64,000 bases of DNA. It comes from Macrostomum lignano (lineage: Eukaryota). The position numbers were made by a program, and so were the translations under genes. Under the pieces are notes generated by a model. The model saw only the letters and a list, made by a program, of their open reading frames with translations. It was not told where the DNA came from and searched no databases. Where the stretch lies: contig NIVC01000272.1 in NCBI GenBank assembly GCA_002269645.1, forward strand, positions 310,001 to 374,000, in the 5' to 3' direction. Below are positions 12,112 through 24,619 of this stretch, in pieces (the first letter of the stretch is position 1; each line of letters opens with the position of its first letter).

Positions 12112-13933
12112 TATTGTCTAGCCTATCATAGATGCAGGAGTAGAATGGATTGCTAATCTAGCCTATCATGGGTGCAGGAATAGAATGGATTGCTAATCTA
12201 GCCTATCATGGGTGCAGGAATAGAATGGATTGCTAATCTAGCCTATCATAGATGCAGGAGTAGAATGGATTGCTAATCTAGCCTATCATGGGTGCAGGAA
12301 TAGAATGGATTGCTAATCTAGCCTATCATGGGTGCAGGAATAGAATGGATTGCTAATCTAGCCTATCATAGATGCAGGAGTAGAATGGATTGCTAATCTA
12401 GCCTATCATGGGTGCAGGAATAGAATGGATTGCTAATCTAGCCTATCATGGGTGCAGGAATAGAATGGATTGCTAATCTAGCCTATCATAGATGCAGGAG
12501 TAGAATGGATTGCTAATCTAGCCTATCATGGGTGCAGGAATAGAATGGATTGCTTATCTAGCCTATCATGGGTGCAGGAATAGAATGGATTGCTAATCTA
12601 GCCTATCATGGATGCAGGAGTAGAATGGATTGCTAATCTAGCCTATCATGGATGCAGGAATAGAGTGGATTGCTAATCTAGCCTATCATGGGTGCAGGAA
12701 TAGAATGGATTGCTAATCTAGCCTATCATGGGTGCAGGAGTAGAATGGATTGCTAATCTAGCCTATCATGGATGCAGGAATAGAATGGATTGCTAATCTA
12801 GCCTATCATGGGTGCAGGAATAGCATGGATTGCTAATCTAGCCTATCATGGGTGCAGGAATAGCATGGATTGCTAATCTAGCCTATCATGGGTGCAGGAA
12901 TAGAATAGATTGCTAATCTAGCCTATCATGGATGCAGGAATAGAATGGATTGCTAATCTAGCCTATCATGGCTGCAGGAATAGAATGGATTGCTAATCTA
13001 GGATTGCTAATCTAGCCTATCATGGGTGCAGGAATAGAATGGATTGCTAATCTAGCCTATCATGGATGCAGGAATAGAATGGATTGCTAATCTAGCCTAT
13101 CATGGGTGCAGGAATAGAATGGATTGCTAATCTAGCCTATCATGGGTGCAGGAATAGAATGGATTGCTAATCTAGCCTATCATGGATGCAGGAATAGAAT
13201 GGATTGCTAATCTAGCCTATCATGGATGCAGGAATAGAATGGATTGCTAATCTAGCCTATCATGGGTGCAGGAATAGAATGGATTGCTAATCTAGCCTAT
13301 CATGGATGCAGGAATAGAATGGATTGCTAATCTAGCCTATCATGGATGCAGGAATAGAATGGATTGCTAATCTAGCCTATCATGGATGCAGGAATAGAAT
13401 GGATTGCTAATCTAGCCTATCATGGATGCAGGAATAGAATGGATTGCTAATCTAGCCTATCATGGATGCAGGAATAGAATGGATTGCTAATCTAGCCTAT
13501 CATGGATGCAGGAATAGAATGGATTGCTAATCTAGCCTATCATGGATGCAGGAATAGAATTGATTGCTAATCTAGCCTATCATGGGTGCAGGAGTAGAAT
13601 GGATTGCTAATCTAGCCTATCATGGGTGCAGGAATAGAATGGATTGCTAATCTAGCCTATCATGGATGCAGGAATAGAATGGATTGCTAATCTAGCCTAT
13701 CATGGATGCAGGAATAGAATGGATTGCTAATCTAGCCTATCATGGATGCAGGAATAGAATGGATTGCTAATCTAGCCTATCATGGGTGCAGGAATAGAAT
13801 GGATTGCTAATCTAGCCTATCATGGATGCAGGAATAGAATGGATTGCTAATCTAGCCTATCATGGGTGCAGGAATAGAATGGATTGCTAATCTAGCCTAT
13901 CATGGGTGCAGGAATAGAATGGATTGCTAATCT
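12112..13933. repeat. 40 bp homogeneous satellite (GGATTGCTAATCTAGCCTATCATGGGTGCAGGAATAGAAT), ~45 copies
   Basis: Near-identical tandem copies, no unique spacers. Confidence 0.97.
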
Positions 13934-14344
13934 GTTAAAAATAAAGTCAAAATCCAAGGCTCTACTGAAAAAACACATGTAAATTGGTCTAGAATTTTTG
14001 TAAGTTATTAATCTTTTAACTATTAAAGATTTGGGAACTGTTTGGCAGAAGCAGAAGGGTTACTTTTTATATGGCAAAGAAAATTCAATCCTGCAAAAGC
14101 AACGCTATTAGAATTTTTAAAGATCCGCTTGATGGTAAGTTCAAATCAAAGTCAATGTGGCCCTGCTTAACATGTACCCTAATGCGCTACCCTAATGCTG
14201 TAACCTAATTCTCTACCCTAATATTTTGTACGCTAATCCAGCAGGGGTCTGGCGCGTATGATACAAATAATATACAGTTTAAGTACGCCGTGTCGGCCTT
14301 GGATAAACATGTGCTAATCTCTTCAGCCAGCTGAGTTCAGCAGC

Positions 14345-16066
14345 TCAAGTCCTGATCCAGTCGGTGGGCTCGCCAACCTCTCTAAGCGCGCGCAGCACCA
14401 GCCGCAGCGGCACCGGGCCGCTGTGCGACCACAGGCTGAAGGCCGTTGTCACCGGCTTCTCGGTCGCCAGCAGGACCTCAGGCGGGAACTGGCCGTTGGA
14501 CAGCCGGCTGACTGCCTCCAGAAATGCGTCCGACTTCTCGCTGGAAGACAATCTGGCCTCCAGCTCCTCCAGCAACTGGCCTGGGTGCTCCCGCCGCTGC
14601 TGCTGCTCATGGCTCGGCGCGGACTGGACGCCGCTGTCAACCAAGGACGGCGCTGACTGCACGGAGCCGCAGGCTGTGGCCTCCAGCTCGGGACCTCCGG
14701 GATCCGACAGACCGGCAAACAGCGCCGCCACCCTTGGCTGCCCGCTGGCCAGCTGGACGGCCGAGCAGCCATCGGCGTCGATTTCGTCCAGGTCGGCGCC
14801 TTCGTCCAGCAGCAGCTGCGCGAAGTCAGTGGCGCCGGCGGCGGCGGCGACCATCAGGGGTGTCCGGCGGTCGCCGACGTGCCGCTGCGTGTTCAAGTTG
14901 ATGTCGATGCCGGTCTCGGCGCAGAAGCGGAGCAGCAGCCGCAGCATGTCAACTCGGTTGCGGCCGGCCATGAGGTGCAGCGGGGTGTCGCCGCGCCGGT
15001 CATTCATGTGCACCGCCTGAGCCAGCTGAGCCGCCTGCAGCTCGCCCTGCCGCACCTGGCGGGCTGCACAGCGCAATGCCGCCTCCAGCACCGCGGCCGA
15101 GTCCTCCAGCGAGCAGTGGTGCAGCAGGTTCCTACCATCGACATCGTAGAGCCGATGCAGCTGGGTGGGGTCGCGGTCCAGCAACTTCTCGAGCAGGCCG
15201 GCTGCCTGGGAGCCCGTGCTCAGCATTGCGAGCGTCTCGCCGTACCGGGCCCGGTCTGTCAGCGCCTTGGGATTTTTTTCTGTCGCGAGTTCCGCCAGCC
15301 AGGTGGCGCGGGCCGGCTGGTCTCGGAGCAGCGCACTGGCGATGGGCGAGTCTCCCTGCGGTGCGCGGGTTAGTCGGCAGTTTTGATTGCAGCGGCCCGT
15401 TGCTACCTTGTTGCTACCCTGTGCTACCCCCTGTTGCTAGCACCTATGTGCTACCCCCTATTGCTACCACCTATGTGCTACCCCCTGTTGCTACCACCTA
15501 TGTGCTACCCCCTGTTGCTACCACCTATGTGCTACCCCCTGTTGCTACCACCTATGTGCTACCCCCTGTTGCTACCACCTATGTGCTAACCCCTGTTGCT
15601 ACCACCTATGTGCTACCCCCTGTTGCTACCACCTATGTGCTACCCCCTGTTGCTACCACCTATGTGCTACCCCCTGTTGCTACTCCCTGTTGCTAGCACC
15701 TATGTGCTACCCCCTGTTGCTATACCACCTATGTGCTACCCCCTGTTGCTACCACCTTGGTGCTACCCTACAGCCACCCCATCCGGGTTTGCCCAGACAT
15801 TCACCAACGCTCAGAACCCTGGCGCCAGAGCTGCTCACCTGTACGCTGCGCACTCGCAGCATTGGCGCGGCGCCCTCCAGCATGATGCGCAGCACAGTTT
15901 CGCAATCAGCGCCGAGGCTGTAGCCGTGGGCCGCTCGGGCCAGCTGGCCCGGATAATCGTTGAGAATTTGACGCTGGACAGCCGGGGACAGATTTTGAAA
16001 CGCGGCTGCCTCTGGAGTCAATGCCGGCTGCTCTGAGATCTCCGGTAAGCGATCTTCGTCTGCCAT
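14345..16066 (-). CDS. Ankyrin-repeat protein with C-terminal death-domain-like region; exons 15839-16066, 14345-15355
   Basis: GRNLLH, GDTPLHL and RRTPLMVAA...GAD ankyrin repeats; C-terminal LWS...LRLVLRALREVG resembles death-domain helices 5-6; phase-0 GTGAGC...CAG intron. Confidence 0.75.
15400..15770. repeat. 27 bp intronic minisatellite (GCTACCACCTATGTGCTACCCCCTGTT)
   Basis: Tandem copies. Confidence 0.95.
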
Positions 16067-18092
16067 GATTTTGGCTATTTACTCGCTGGCTTTTGTTGGG
16101 AGCCTCGCAAGAGCGAGGCCAATTATATAGTGAGGAAAATCCCAACAACTCCAAACCTCAGGCTGGCTGTGCAGAGTTGAAACTAGAGCGAAATAAAAAC
16201 AAGCTGTACTAAATACGCTTTTCGTTTCTGTCTGCTGTTTTTGCTTGCTTGTTTGCTTGGAAAAAAACAGGAGAACTTGCTTTATATCTAATTGGTCATG
16301 GTAGCTTGCTTAAGTTGCTTTACATTTTTTATGAGCGTACACTGCTTGAATTGTATATACACATACGGATACGAAAATAAGTCCTTCCACGGGTCCCCTT
16401 TCCTCTGCGTACACTACTAATTGCAATTGGTCCATAAAATTTCTATGCGCGTTGAAACCTCCTTCCCGTGTACACGCCTCAAAGCGAAAGGCAGTCCCAT
16501 GGAATTGCCGTGGAGAAGCCTTCTAGCATTTTGGAGTTATTGCGAACTTGCAGACGTTGCCTTGTTTCTGTTGCTATATACAATGGTTTTTATCCAAATT
16601 AGCGTAAGCTACAATTTGATACTTTTATTCTGATGGTCTCAATTGTATCGCAAATTTGGTAAATCTAATTGAAACTAAGTAATTGAAGCAGGGTCCCTCA
16701 AGCCCATGGCAAGCAAGCTAGTCTTGATAGGTTGCTACACAGTTTTTTATTTGTTAAATTTTGTTACGTACGATATTAAAAGAAAGTCAATTAATCAAGC
16801 TCGACTAAAAAGGGTATTAATTATTGCGAATATAACAAACATATGGGTTTGCTTTCCTAAAGTAAGCATTAATATTGGTTAAAGTCTATTCAGTTCGTCA
16901 GACCATTGCATTGTTTTATGAGAAAATATCTACATTAGCCCTAAAGAATTTCAGATACACACTCGAGACACTAGCTTTGTTAAAATAATTTAATTTCATA
17001 ACTTCAAACAACCCCTTTTCTAAGAAAGTGAGCTGGGTTCACGTTTCAATCCCGACTAGTATCTAGTGGCAATTGGTAGAAAAATAAAAGAGCAATGAAT
17101 TACTTAGATGACTATCGTAATTCACTTTTAAATGTAAAATTGGTGAAATGTATGTATCTCTAAATACATTTAAAAGTTCAACAATGCTTTACACAGTGCG
17201 ATAATATGTTATAAGATTAAGTAGTTTAGTTGTAAATGTATAGTATAAAATCTAAAAAAATTAATTAAATTATACTAGGTAATAAAAAGCTATACACTGT
17301 ATATAATTATTAAAAGGAAAAGTTGCACTAGTTACATGTATAATTTTCCAGTCTAGTTTTTTAAAGCTTAACTGTATTTGTTTTTCTCTGAATTATTGAT
17401 ATTATATTAATTTTTTCATGCCTTAATTGCTTAATTACAAACATATTCATATAAAATATTTTTATTTTTTTATTTATAGAAACTTTATCATAATGTAATA
17501 TTATTTTATAGAGACTATTCTATATATTCTATAAATATTCTTATTACTGTTTATAACATTTTTAGATATAGTTTATTAAGATAGTTGACTAACCATATAT
17601 TGATATATATTATGTTTTCAACAATATAAAATAGACTTTATAAAAAAAGTAACTGACATTCACTAAATTTGCATTTTTTTCTAAAGTTTTTATGATTCAA
17701 TTTTAGAAGTTCTATGAAATTAGGCTTCTATATAGACATATAGCAAGGAAACTGTTAGAATTCTAGAAATTACCATTAGTGACTATACATGACTTTCTAT
17801 ATAGGGTAAATTTGTAAAATTTGAGTAACTTTCTTGCCTTTTAAAAGAAGATAAAATAATTCTCATGATATACTATAATTATAGTTAAATATAAATTTTT
17901 ATAATTGAACTATAGGTTTTTATTTAATACATTGCAAATAAATGTATTATATTTATGTAAATTTATTACAATTTATTCATATATTGTTTTTTGTACAAAA
18001 TGAATTTATTTGCTTTAATTATAAATAACTATCTTGAGTATACTTTTACCTTGCAGCTCTAGCAGCCATTAAGCCAATGCTAATTTTTAGCC

Positions 18093-21000
18093 ATGGCAGA
18101 TGCATTGGACATGACCTCAGATGAGTGTCTTTGGACACCTACTAAACCATTTGCTGAAACTAACATTGGAAAGTTTGCTAAATTTGTTGAAGAACAATAT
18201 GGAAAAACATTTAGTAAGTTTTTATTCCTAACTATCAGTATCAAGTCATTTTCTAGATTATTATAAATAAAATTAATCAGCCCATTAAAGGTAAATTAAG
18301 CTCTAGATTGAGGTGATGAAAGGATTGCTCATGAACAAATTGGTTGTGGTCTCAGAGTTTCTTTGAACTTTGATGTTGTCTCGCTTCTTCCAAGCTCAAT
18401 CCTTTAGGATGCAGCATGTGTAATGCCCTTCCAAGGGCATGATTCTGTAGTGAGACTTGGTGAATATTGGAAATCCCATGCTGGAGAAGCTACCTGTTTG
18501 GCACGACCAGCTGACTTGCTGGGGTCTCCAGGCGATTTTGAGCCTCCATTTTTTCCAATAATTAGAAATGTTCAACCAATAAAATTTATCAATAGCAAAA
18601 TCTGATTTTTAACCACAGCCAACTACTGGGCTCTGCACAACTGGTCTGTCACCGAGCCGACCGTCTTCTGGGCCGCCCTCGCCCGCCACTGCGGACTTCG
18701 CTTCGCTCGCGGCGGCCCGTCCGACTCCGGCCAGCCGCCAGTTGTAGATCCGGACAGCCGGCCGGCCGACCTGCCGCGCTGGTTCCCCGGCGCCGAGCTC
18801 AACTATGCCGATAACCTGCTGGCCGACTGGCCCGCCGACAAGCCCGCCCTGCTGACCTGCCGCGAGGGCGACGCCGCGCCCACGGAGGTCGTCACCTTCG
18901 GCCAGCTGCGCCAGCGGACCGCCAACCTGCAAGCAGCGCTGCTGGCCGCCGGCGTCAGTCGAGGCGACCGCGTGGCCGGCTGGCTGCCCAACGGCGCCGA
19001 GGCGGTGGTCGGCCTGCTGGCCTGCGCCGGGCTGGGCGCCATCTGGACCTCCGCCTCGCCGGACTTCGGCGTGCAAGCCGTGCTGGACAGGTTCGGCCAG
19101 GTGGAGCCCGCCGTGCTGCTGGCTGTCGACCGGGTGCGCTACGGCGGCAAGGTGCACGACGGCCTGGCCAAGGCTGCTCAGGTGAGCTTCAAAGGCTTTA
19201 AAGCTATCAAGGGAGCGGCCCCCCGACTCTTAGATCATCAGGCAGTGCTCATGCTATGTGCCTCGGGTGTTGGCCCTTAAACCTGAGTACTCTCTCTGTC
19301 CCCGGGGTCGTAACGAGTCGCCATCACAAACCGGAAAAATCACAACTCCGAAACCCAAAATTTCCCATCATAAATCCGAAATATCATAACTCCGAAACTC
19401 CGAAAACTGTGATTTTTCGGGTTTATGATGGGAAATGCTATTTTGGGTTTCGGAGTTGTGATTTTTCCGGTTTGTTATGTGCGTTGCTAGCAATTTCGGA
19501 GTTATGATATTTCGGATTAATGATATTTCGGGTTTGTGATATATCGGGTTTTTGATATTTCGAATTTATGATATTTCGAATTTATGATATTTCGGGTTTG
19601 TGATATTTCCGGTTTATATTTCGGAAAGCGATTTTCGGAGTTGTGATTTTTCGGGTTTGTGATGTCTCCAGCCAACACAGGCAAACCTAATTTTAACTTG
19701 AGTAAATTTCTTATTCTAATGAGCCAAAGCTACTACTTATTGAGTCATTAGTAGTCGCTATGGAGTATTAGTCAAGCAAAGAATTTGGAAACTGGTTGCG
19801 CCCAAAGATCATATATAAGATCTATGGTTGCGCCCCATTGATCATCACGTTGTAACTTGACAGACAGCGTTAAAGAAAAGTAATTGTACTACTGCTTAAC
19901 TTTCTACTTACTCAAGTAGGATGGTTAGAGTTTTTTGGGCTTTATTTACTTCAAAACCATATGAGGCTGGCACCAGAAAGTCCATCATCTGATAAAATGT
20001 AGATTGGATCGCTTATTTACGTGTAGTCTTAAAATGCGCCGGTACTACTTACTTACTAACTTGTCAGTAGTCTCATGCCTAACATGAGATTGATTAAAGA
20101 GGAATCAAATAAAAAAGTTATACTACGTCCAAGGACTTCTCTATATAGCATCTGGACTGGAAGCTTCGCAATTTTTTTTCCGTCTCTATACCTCACAGGG
20201 GCAAAAGAAGAAAAGACCCAGAAGGAGGAAAGGAGACAGGAAAAATTTAACTGTCAAGCTGGCCATAAACATGACAAAGACACTGTACACAGAAAAGAAG
20301 CAAAGTTCAGGGGCATGCAGGGAAGAGCTCATGGGGTAAAGTTTATCCCCCAACAATGAATCTTTAACATGTACGTTTATCTTGAAAACTAGTCTGCTAT
20401 TCGGACTGAGTCATGACTGGAGGTGATGAGTGGGAGTCCCACTCCCACGTTCTATATATACTGACGAGCTGGCTGTACTGTACAATAATGAAAAAGAAAA
20501 TTTTGCCTTCAGTGCCTGCCTCATCAATTTCACAATACTGCTACACTTGCTTCAAGCACTGACAATTTTGTTCCAACAAAATAGTTAAGTCGTGCTCAGC
20601 ACACGGCTGCACTAATCGAGCCTCCTCGGACAAGGGACTGAGCTCTCATGGCTATCCTATGCACAATGCAGTCCTTCTTGAACAATGGAAGCGAGCAAAT
20701 CCAAGGCAGAACTTCGAGCCTACCAAGAGCTCAACCATTTGCTCTGCGCACTTCCACCCCAAGACTTCGTGGAAAACTCTCTGGACACCAACGCGAACCG
20801 CAAGAAGGGCCGGGACCAACTGTCGAGGCGGTGTCTGAAGCCAGGGGCGGTGCCGTCTATCTTCCCGAATAGACTTATCTCTCTTCTTATCTCTTTTCTG
20901 CCAAGGCGGAACCGAGGTCAACTGCGGCAACATCAACTCAGCGCTTGGAGAGAGAAAATACTGCACTGCAAGGCCAAATTGATGAGTTCCGAGATGCGGA

Positions 21001-24000
21001 CTCAATCGTTGACGACTACCTTGATGAAGTGCAGCTAAAACTGAATCGAGAGGAAGGAAAACCGGCAGGATTTCATACCACCATGCTTGCTGACCAGCTG
21101 CATCTACGCGCTGAACATGGAGCCTTCCTTTCATGTCTCCTGCTACATCTACATGGCTAAGGACCACAGCATCACTATTGGAGTCAATGGAGTGTTGCTA
21201 AAGCCAACCCGACTCAGAGACTTACTTTCGGACGGGAAAGTATCGACTCTCAGTCAACTAGTCAACATAATGTCCAGAGTCAAGAACTGGGAGGTAGACA
21301 CTGACAGTGCCAAAGCTGAAGGCAAGGCCAACCGTATGCTTGACATGGCCCAAGATCTTGTGGAAGAAGCGGAGAATCTTGTTGAGAATCGCACTGTTGG
21401 CTTCATTTTGGAGCAGCTGAAACTCAGCAGGCAGCCGAGCTGCAGAAGGAGATATTCACAGCAGCTCATGATCTTCGCTTATGTTCTGTACTCCACCAGC
21501 GCTTCGGCTTATAAGACAATACTGGAGCAGGACGTCCTCTGTTTTCCATCTGATCGAACCCTTCGGTCTGCTTCAGTCAAAGTTGGTTCAAAGAATGGTC
21601 TAGACATCGAAAGCTACCTTCAGTTGAGAGCATCGAAGTTATCGAAATTTATCGAAATGAATCGAAAATCGAAATTTTTAATAATCGAAATTATTAAAAA
21701 AGAAATCTAAATCATTCTGAATGAATTTTTATTAGGCTCATGATTTATATAACAATATATAGTGCATAATGGCCAGCTATCTAATATGCGATGTAACTAG
21801 GATCTAAGCTATTTTGGGAAGGGCTTTTGCCCCTCTAAGGTATATGCGGGTGGGGAGCTTCCAGTCCAGATGCTATATAGAGAAGTCCCTGACTACGTCA
21901 TTTCCGAAATCCAAGAGCATTCGCTAACTTTAGAAATCGTTTCTATTTCTAAGATTAAAATATGAGCACGTGATCTGCGTCTATGGCTATCTTTGTGCCG
22001 AAAATGACACTTTTTATCCCCGATAGTGACCTTTTGCGTCGCCGAAGACGTTGCGCCAGGGTGCCGGCAACCCCAGCTCCTGCAATCAATCATAACTGCT
22101 ATATTGCTTGTCCTTGTACTGTCATGTCATTATGAAAGCAATTAAGCCGAAAATGTACTTTTATGTTTAACAGGCAGCCGCCAAGCTGCCCAGCCTTCGC
22201 CAAGTGCTGGTTGTCCGCGGCCTTCCCGGCGAGCCCGGCTCTGCCGGCGGCCTGCCGGACGGCGATCCGCGGTTCGTCTGGTACGACGACGCTGTCGAGG
22301 CCGCTGCCAGTCCCTCTGGCCAGCAGCAGCCGCCGCAGCTGCAGCTGACGCCGCTGCCGTTCGACCAGCCGCTGTACATCCTGTACAGCTCCGGCACCAC
22401 CGGGCCGCCCAAGTGCCTGGTGCACGGCGCCGGCGGCAGCCTCCTGCAGCACGCCAAGGAGCACAGGCTGCACGCGGACCTCGGCCCGGCTGACACCCTG
22501 TTCTACTTCACCTCCACCGGCTGGATGATGTGGAACTGGGCAGTTTCCGGCCTGGCCGCCGGCGCCGCTCTCGTCCTCTACGACGGCTCGCCGCTGCTGC
22601 CCAGCCGGGAGGCCGTCTGGCGCCTCGTCGAGGCCTGCGGCACCACCGTTCTCGGCGCCAGCGCCAAGTGGCTCGCCGTGCTGGAGGCCGCCGGCTTTCA
22701 GCCGCCGGAGCCGCCGCGCCGCCTTCGCTGCCTGCTGAGCACCGGCTCGCCGCTGGCCGCCTCCACCTTCCGCTACGTGTACAGCCGCCTCGGCTCCGAC
22801 CTGCTGCTCGGCAGCATCACTGGAGGCACCGACATCGTCGGCTGCTTCGCCGGCAGCAACCCGACCCTGCCGGTGCACGCTGGCGAGATCCAGTCCCCCA
22901 ACCTCGGCATGGCCGTCCAGTGCTGGGATGGCTCCGGTCGGCCAGTGTCCGGCGAGCGCGGCGAGCTTGTCTGCGTCCGGCCGTTCCCCAGCCAGCCTGT
23001 CCGGTTCTGGGCGGACGAGCCGGACGGCCGGAAGTACCGGGCCGCCTACTTCAGCGGCTTCGGCGGCGGAGTCTGGACACACGGCGACTTCTGCGCGGTG
23101 AACCCGCGGACTCGCGGCATTCGAATGCTCGGCCGATCCGACGGCACCCTCAACCCCAATGGGGTCCGCTTCGGCAGCGCGGAGATCTACCAGGTGAGCT
23201 GGGGGGTTTACCAGGTGAGCTGGGGGGTTTACCAGATGAGCTGGGGGATCTACCAGGTGAGCTGGGGGGATCTACCAGGTGAGCTGGGGGGATTTACCAG
23301 GTGAGCTGGGGGATTTACCAGGTGAGCTGGGGGGATCTACCAGGTGAGCTGGGGGGATTTACCAGGTGAGCTGGGGGATTTACCAGGTGAGCTGGGGGAT
23401 TTACCAGATGAGCTGGGGGATCTACCAGGTGAGCTGGGGGGATCTACCAGGTGAGCTGGGGGGATCTACCAGGTGAGCTGGGGGATTTACTAGGTGAGCT
23501 GGGGGGATCTACCAGGTGAGCTGGGGGATTTACTAGGTGAGCTGGGGGGATCTACCAGGTGAGCTGGGGGGATCTACCAGGTGAGCTGGGGGATTTACTA
23601 GGTGAGCTGGGGGGATCTACCAGGTGAGCTGGGGGGATCTACCAGGTGAGCTGGGGGGATCTACCAGGTGAGCTGGGGGATTTACTAGGTGAGCTGGGGG
23701 GATCTACCAGGTGAGCTGGGGGATTTACTAGGTGAGCTGGGGGATCTACCAGGTGAGCTGGGGGGATCTACCAGGTGAGCTGGGGGATTTACTAGGTGAG
23801 CTGGGGGGATCTACCAGATGAGCTGGGGGGATCTACCAGATGAGATGGGGGGATTTACCAGGTGAGCTGGGGGGATCTACCAGGTGAGCTGGGGGGATCT
23901 ACCAGGTGAGCTGGGGATTTACTAGGTGAGCTGGGGGGATCTACCAGATGAGCTGGGGGGATCTACCAGGTGAGCTGGGGGGATTTACCAGGTGAGCTGG

Positions 24001-24546
24001 GGGGATCTACCAGGTGAGCTGGGGGATCTACCAGGTGAGCTGGGGGGGATCTACCAGGTGAGCTGGGGGGGATCTACCAGGTTAGCTGGGGGGATCTACC
24101 AGGTGAGCTGGGGGGGGATCTACCAGGTGAGCTGGGGGGGATCTACCAGATGAGCTGACCTTCATTGACCCGCGAACCTCCCGCCCGATCCCCAGGTCGT
24201 AGATGCCTTCCCTGAAGTCGCCGACTCGCTGTGTGTGGCCCAGACCAGCCGGCGTTCCTCTGACGAGCGGGTGCTGCTGTTCCTGCGGCTGGCTGACGGC
24301 CCGTCCGCGCTGACGCCCGAGCTGGAGTCGCGCATCAAGTCGGCGATCCGGGCCCAACTGTCGCCGCGCCACGTGCCCGCGGTTGTCCGCGCCGCCGAGC
24401 TGGTGCCGTACACATTCTCGGGCAAGAAGGTGGAGCTGGCGGTGCGCCAGCTGCTGCAGTCGGAGCCGGTGCTGAACCGGAACGCAGTGGCCAACCCGGA
24501 GGCGCTGGACCACTTCGCCGCCATGACGGATCTGCAGGACTATTGA
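18093..24546 (+). CDS. AACS: Acetoacetyl-CoA synthetase, 684 aa; exons 18093-18213, 18619-19181, 22174-23193, 24196-24546
   Basis: LWTP...YWALHNWS, WFPGAELNYA, YSSGTTGPPK, WMMWNW, GSITGGTD, WTHGDF, GRSDGTLNPNGVRFGSAEIY and GKKVELAV motifs; phase-compatible exons sum to 2055 nt. Confidence 0.93.
19323..19663. mobile_element. Foldback/MITE-like element in AACS intron 2
   Basis: Terminal inverted CATCACAAACC.GAAAAATCACAACTCCGAAA plus an internal hairpin (19327-19475) and short TGATATTTCGG repeats. Confidence 0.7.
20130..21891 (+). mobile_element. Internally deleted P-superfamily (THAP) DNA transposon
   Basis: ~36 bp TIRs CA[A/G]GGACTTCTCTATATAGCATCTGGACTGGAAGCT at both ends; perfect 8-bp TSD ACTACGTC (20122-20129, 21892-21899). 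Confidence 0.92.
20581..21710 (+). pseudogene. THAP-domain transposase, frameshifted and truncated
   Basis: KSCSAHGC...W...ICSAHF then AVPSIF (THAP); RRRYSQQ...LYSTSASAYK...LCFPSDRTL is typical of P/THAP9 transposases. Confidence 0.85.
23184..24155 (+). repeat. 21-25 bp minisatellite whose unit is the AACS exon 3 / intron 3 junction (ATCTACCAG|GTGAGCTGGGGG), ~40 copies
   Basis: The first unit is the real donor at 23193/23194. Confidence 0.95.
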
Positions 24547-24619
24547 TTCACTGCTGGCCGGTTTCTGATTTTTATTTCATTTTTCTATTCTTGATTCTTC
24601 GCATGCTTCGCAGAGAGGG

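Noticed and set aside
12112-13933. CRISPR-like regular 40-bp array
   Set aside because: No unique spacers, no cas genes, eukaryotic context; ordinary satellite
18423-18605. 60-aa ORF in AACS intron 1
   Set aside because: Not needed for the AACS frame and has no recognisable homology
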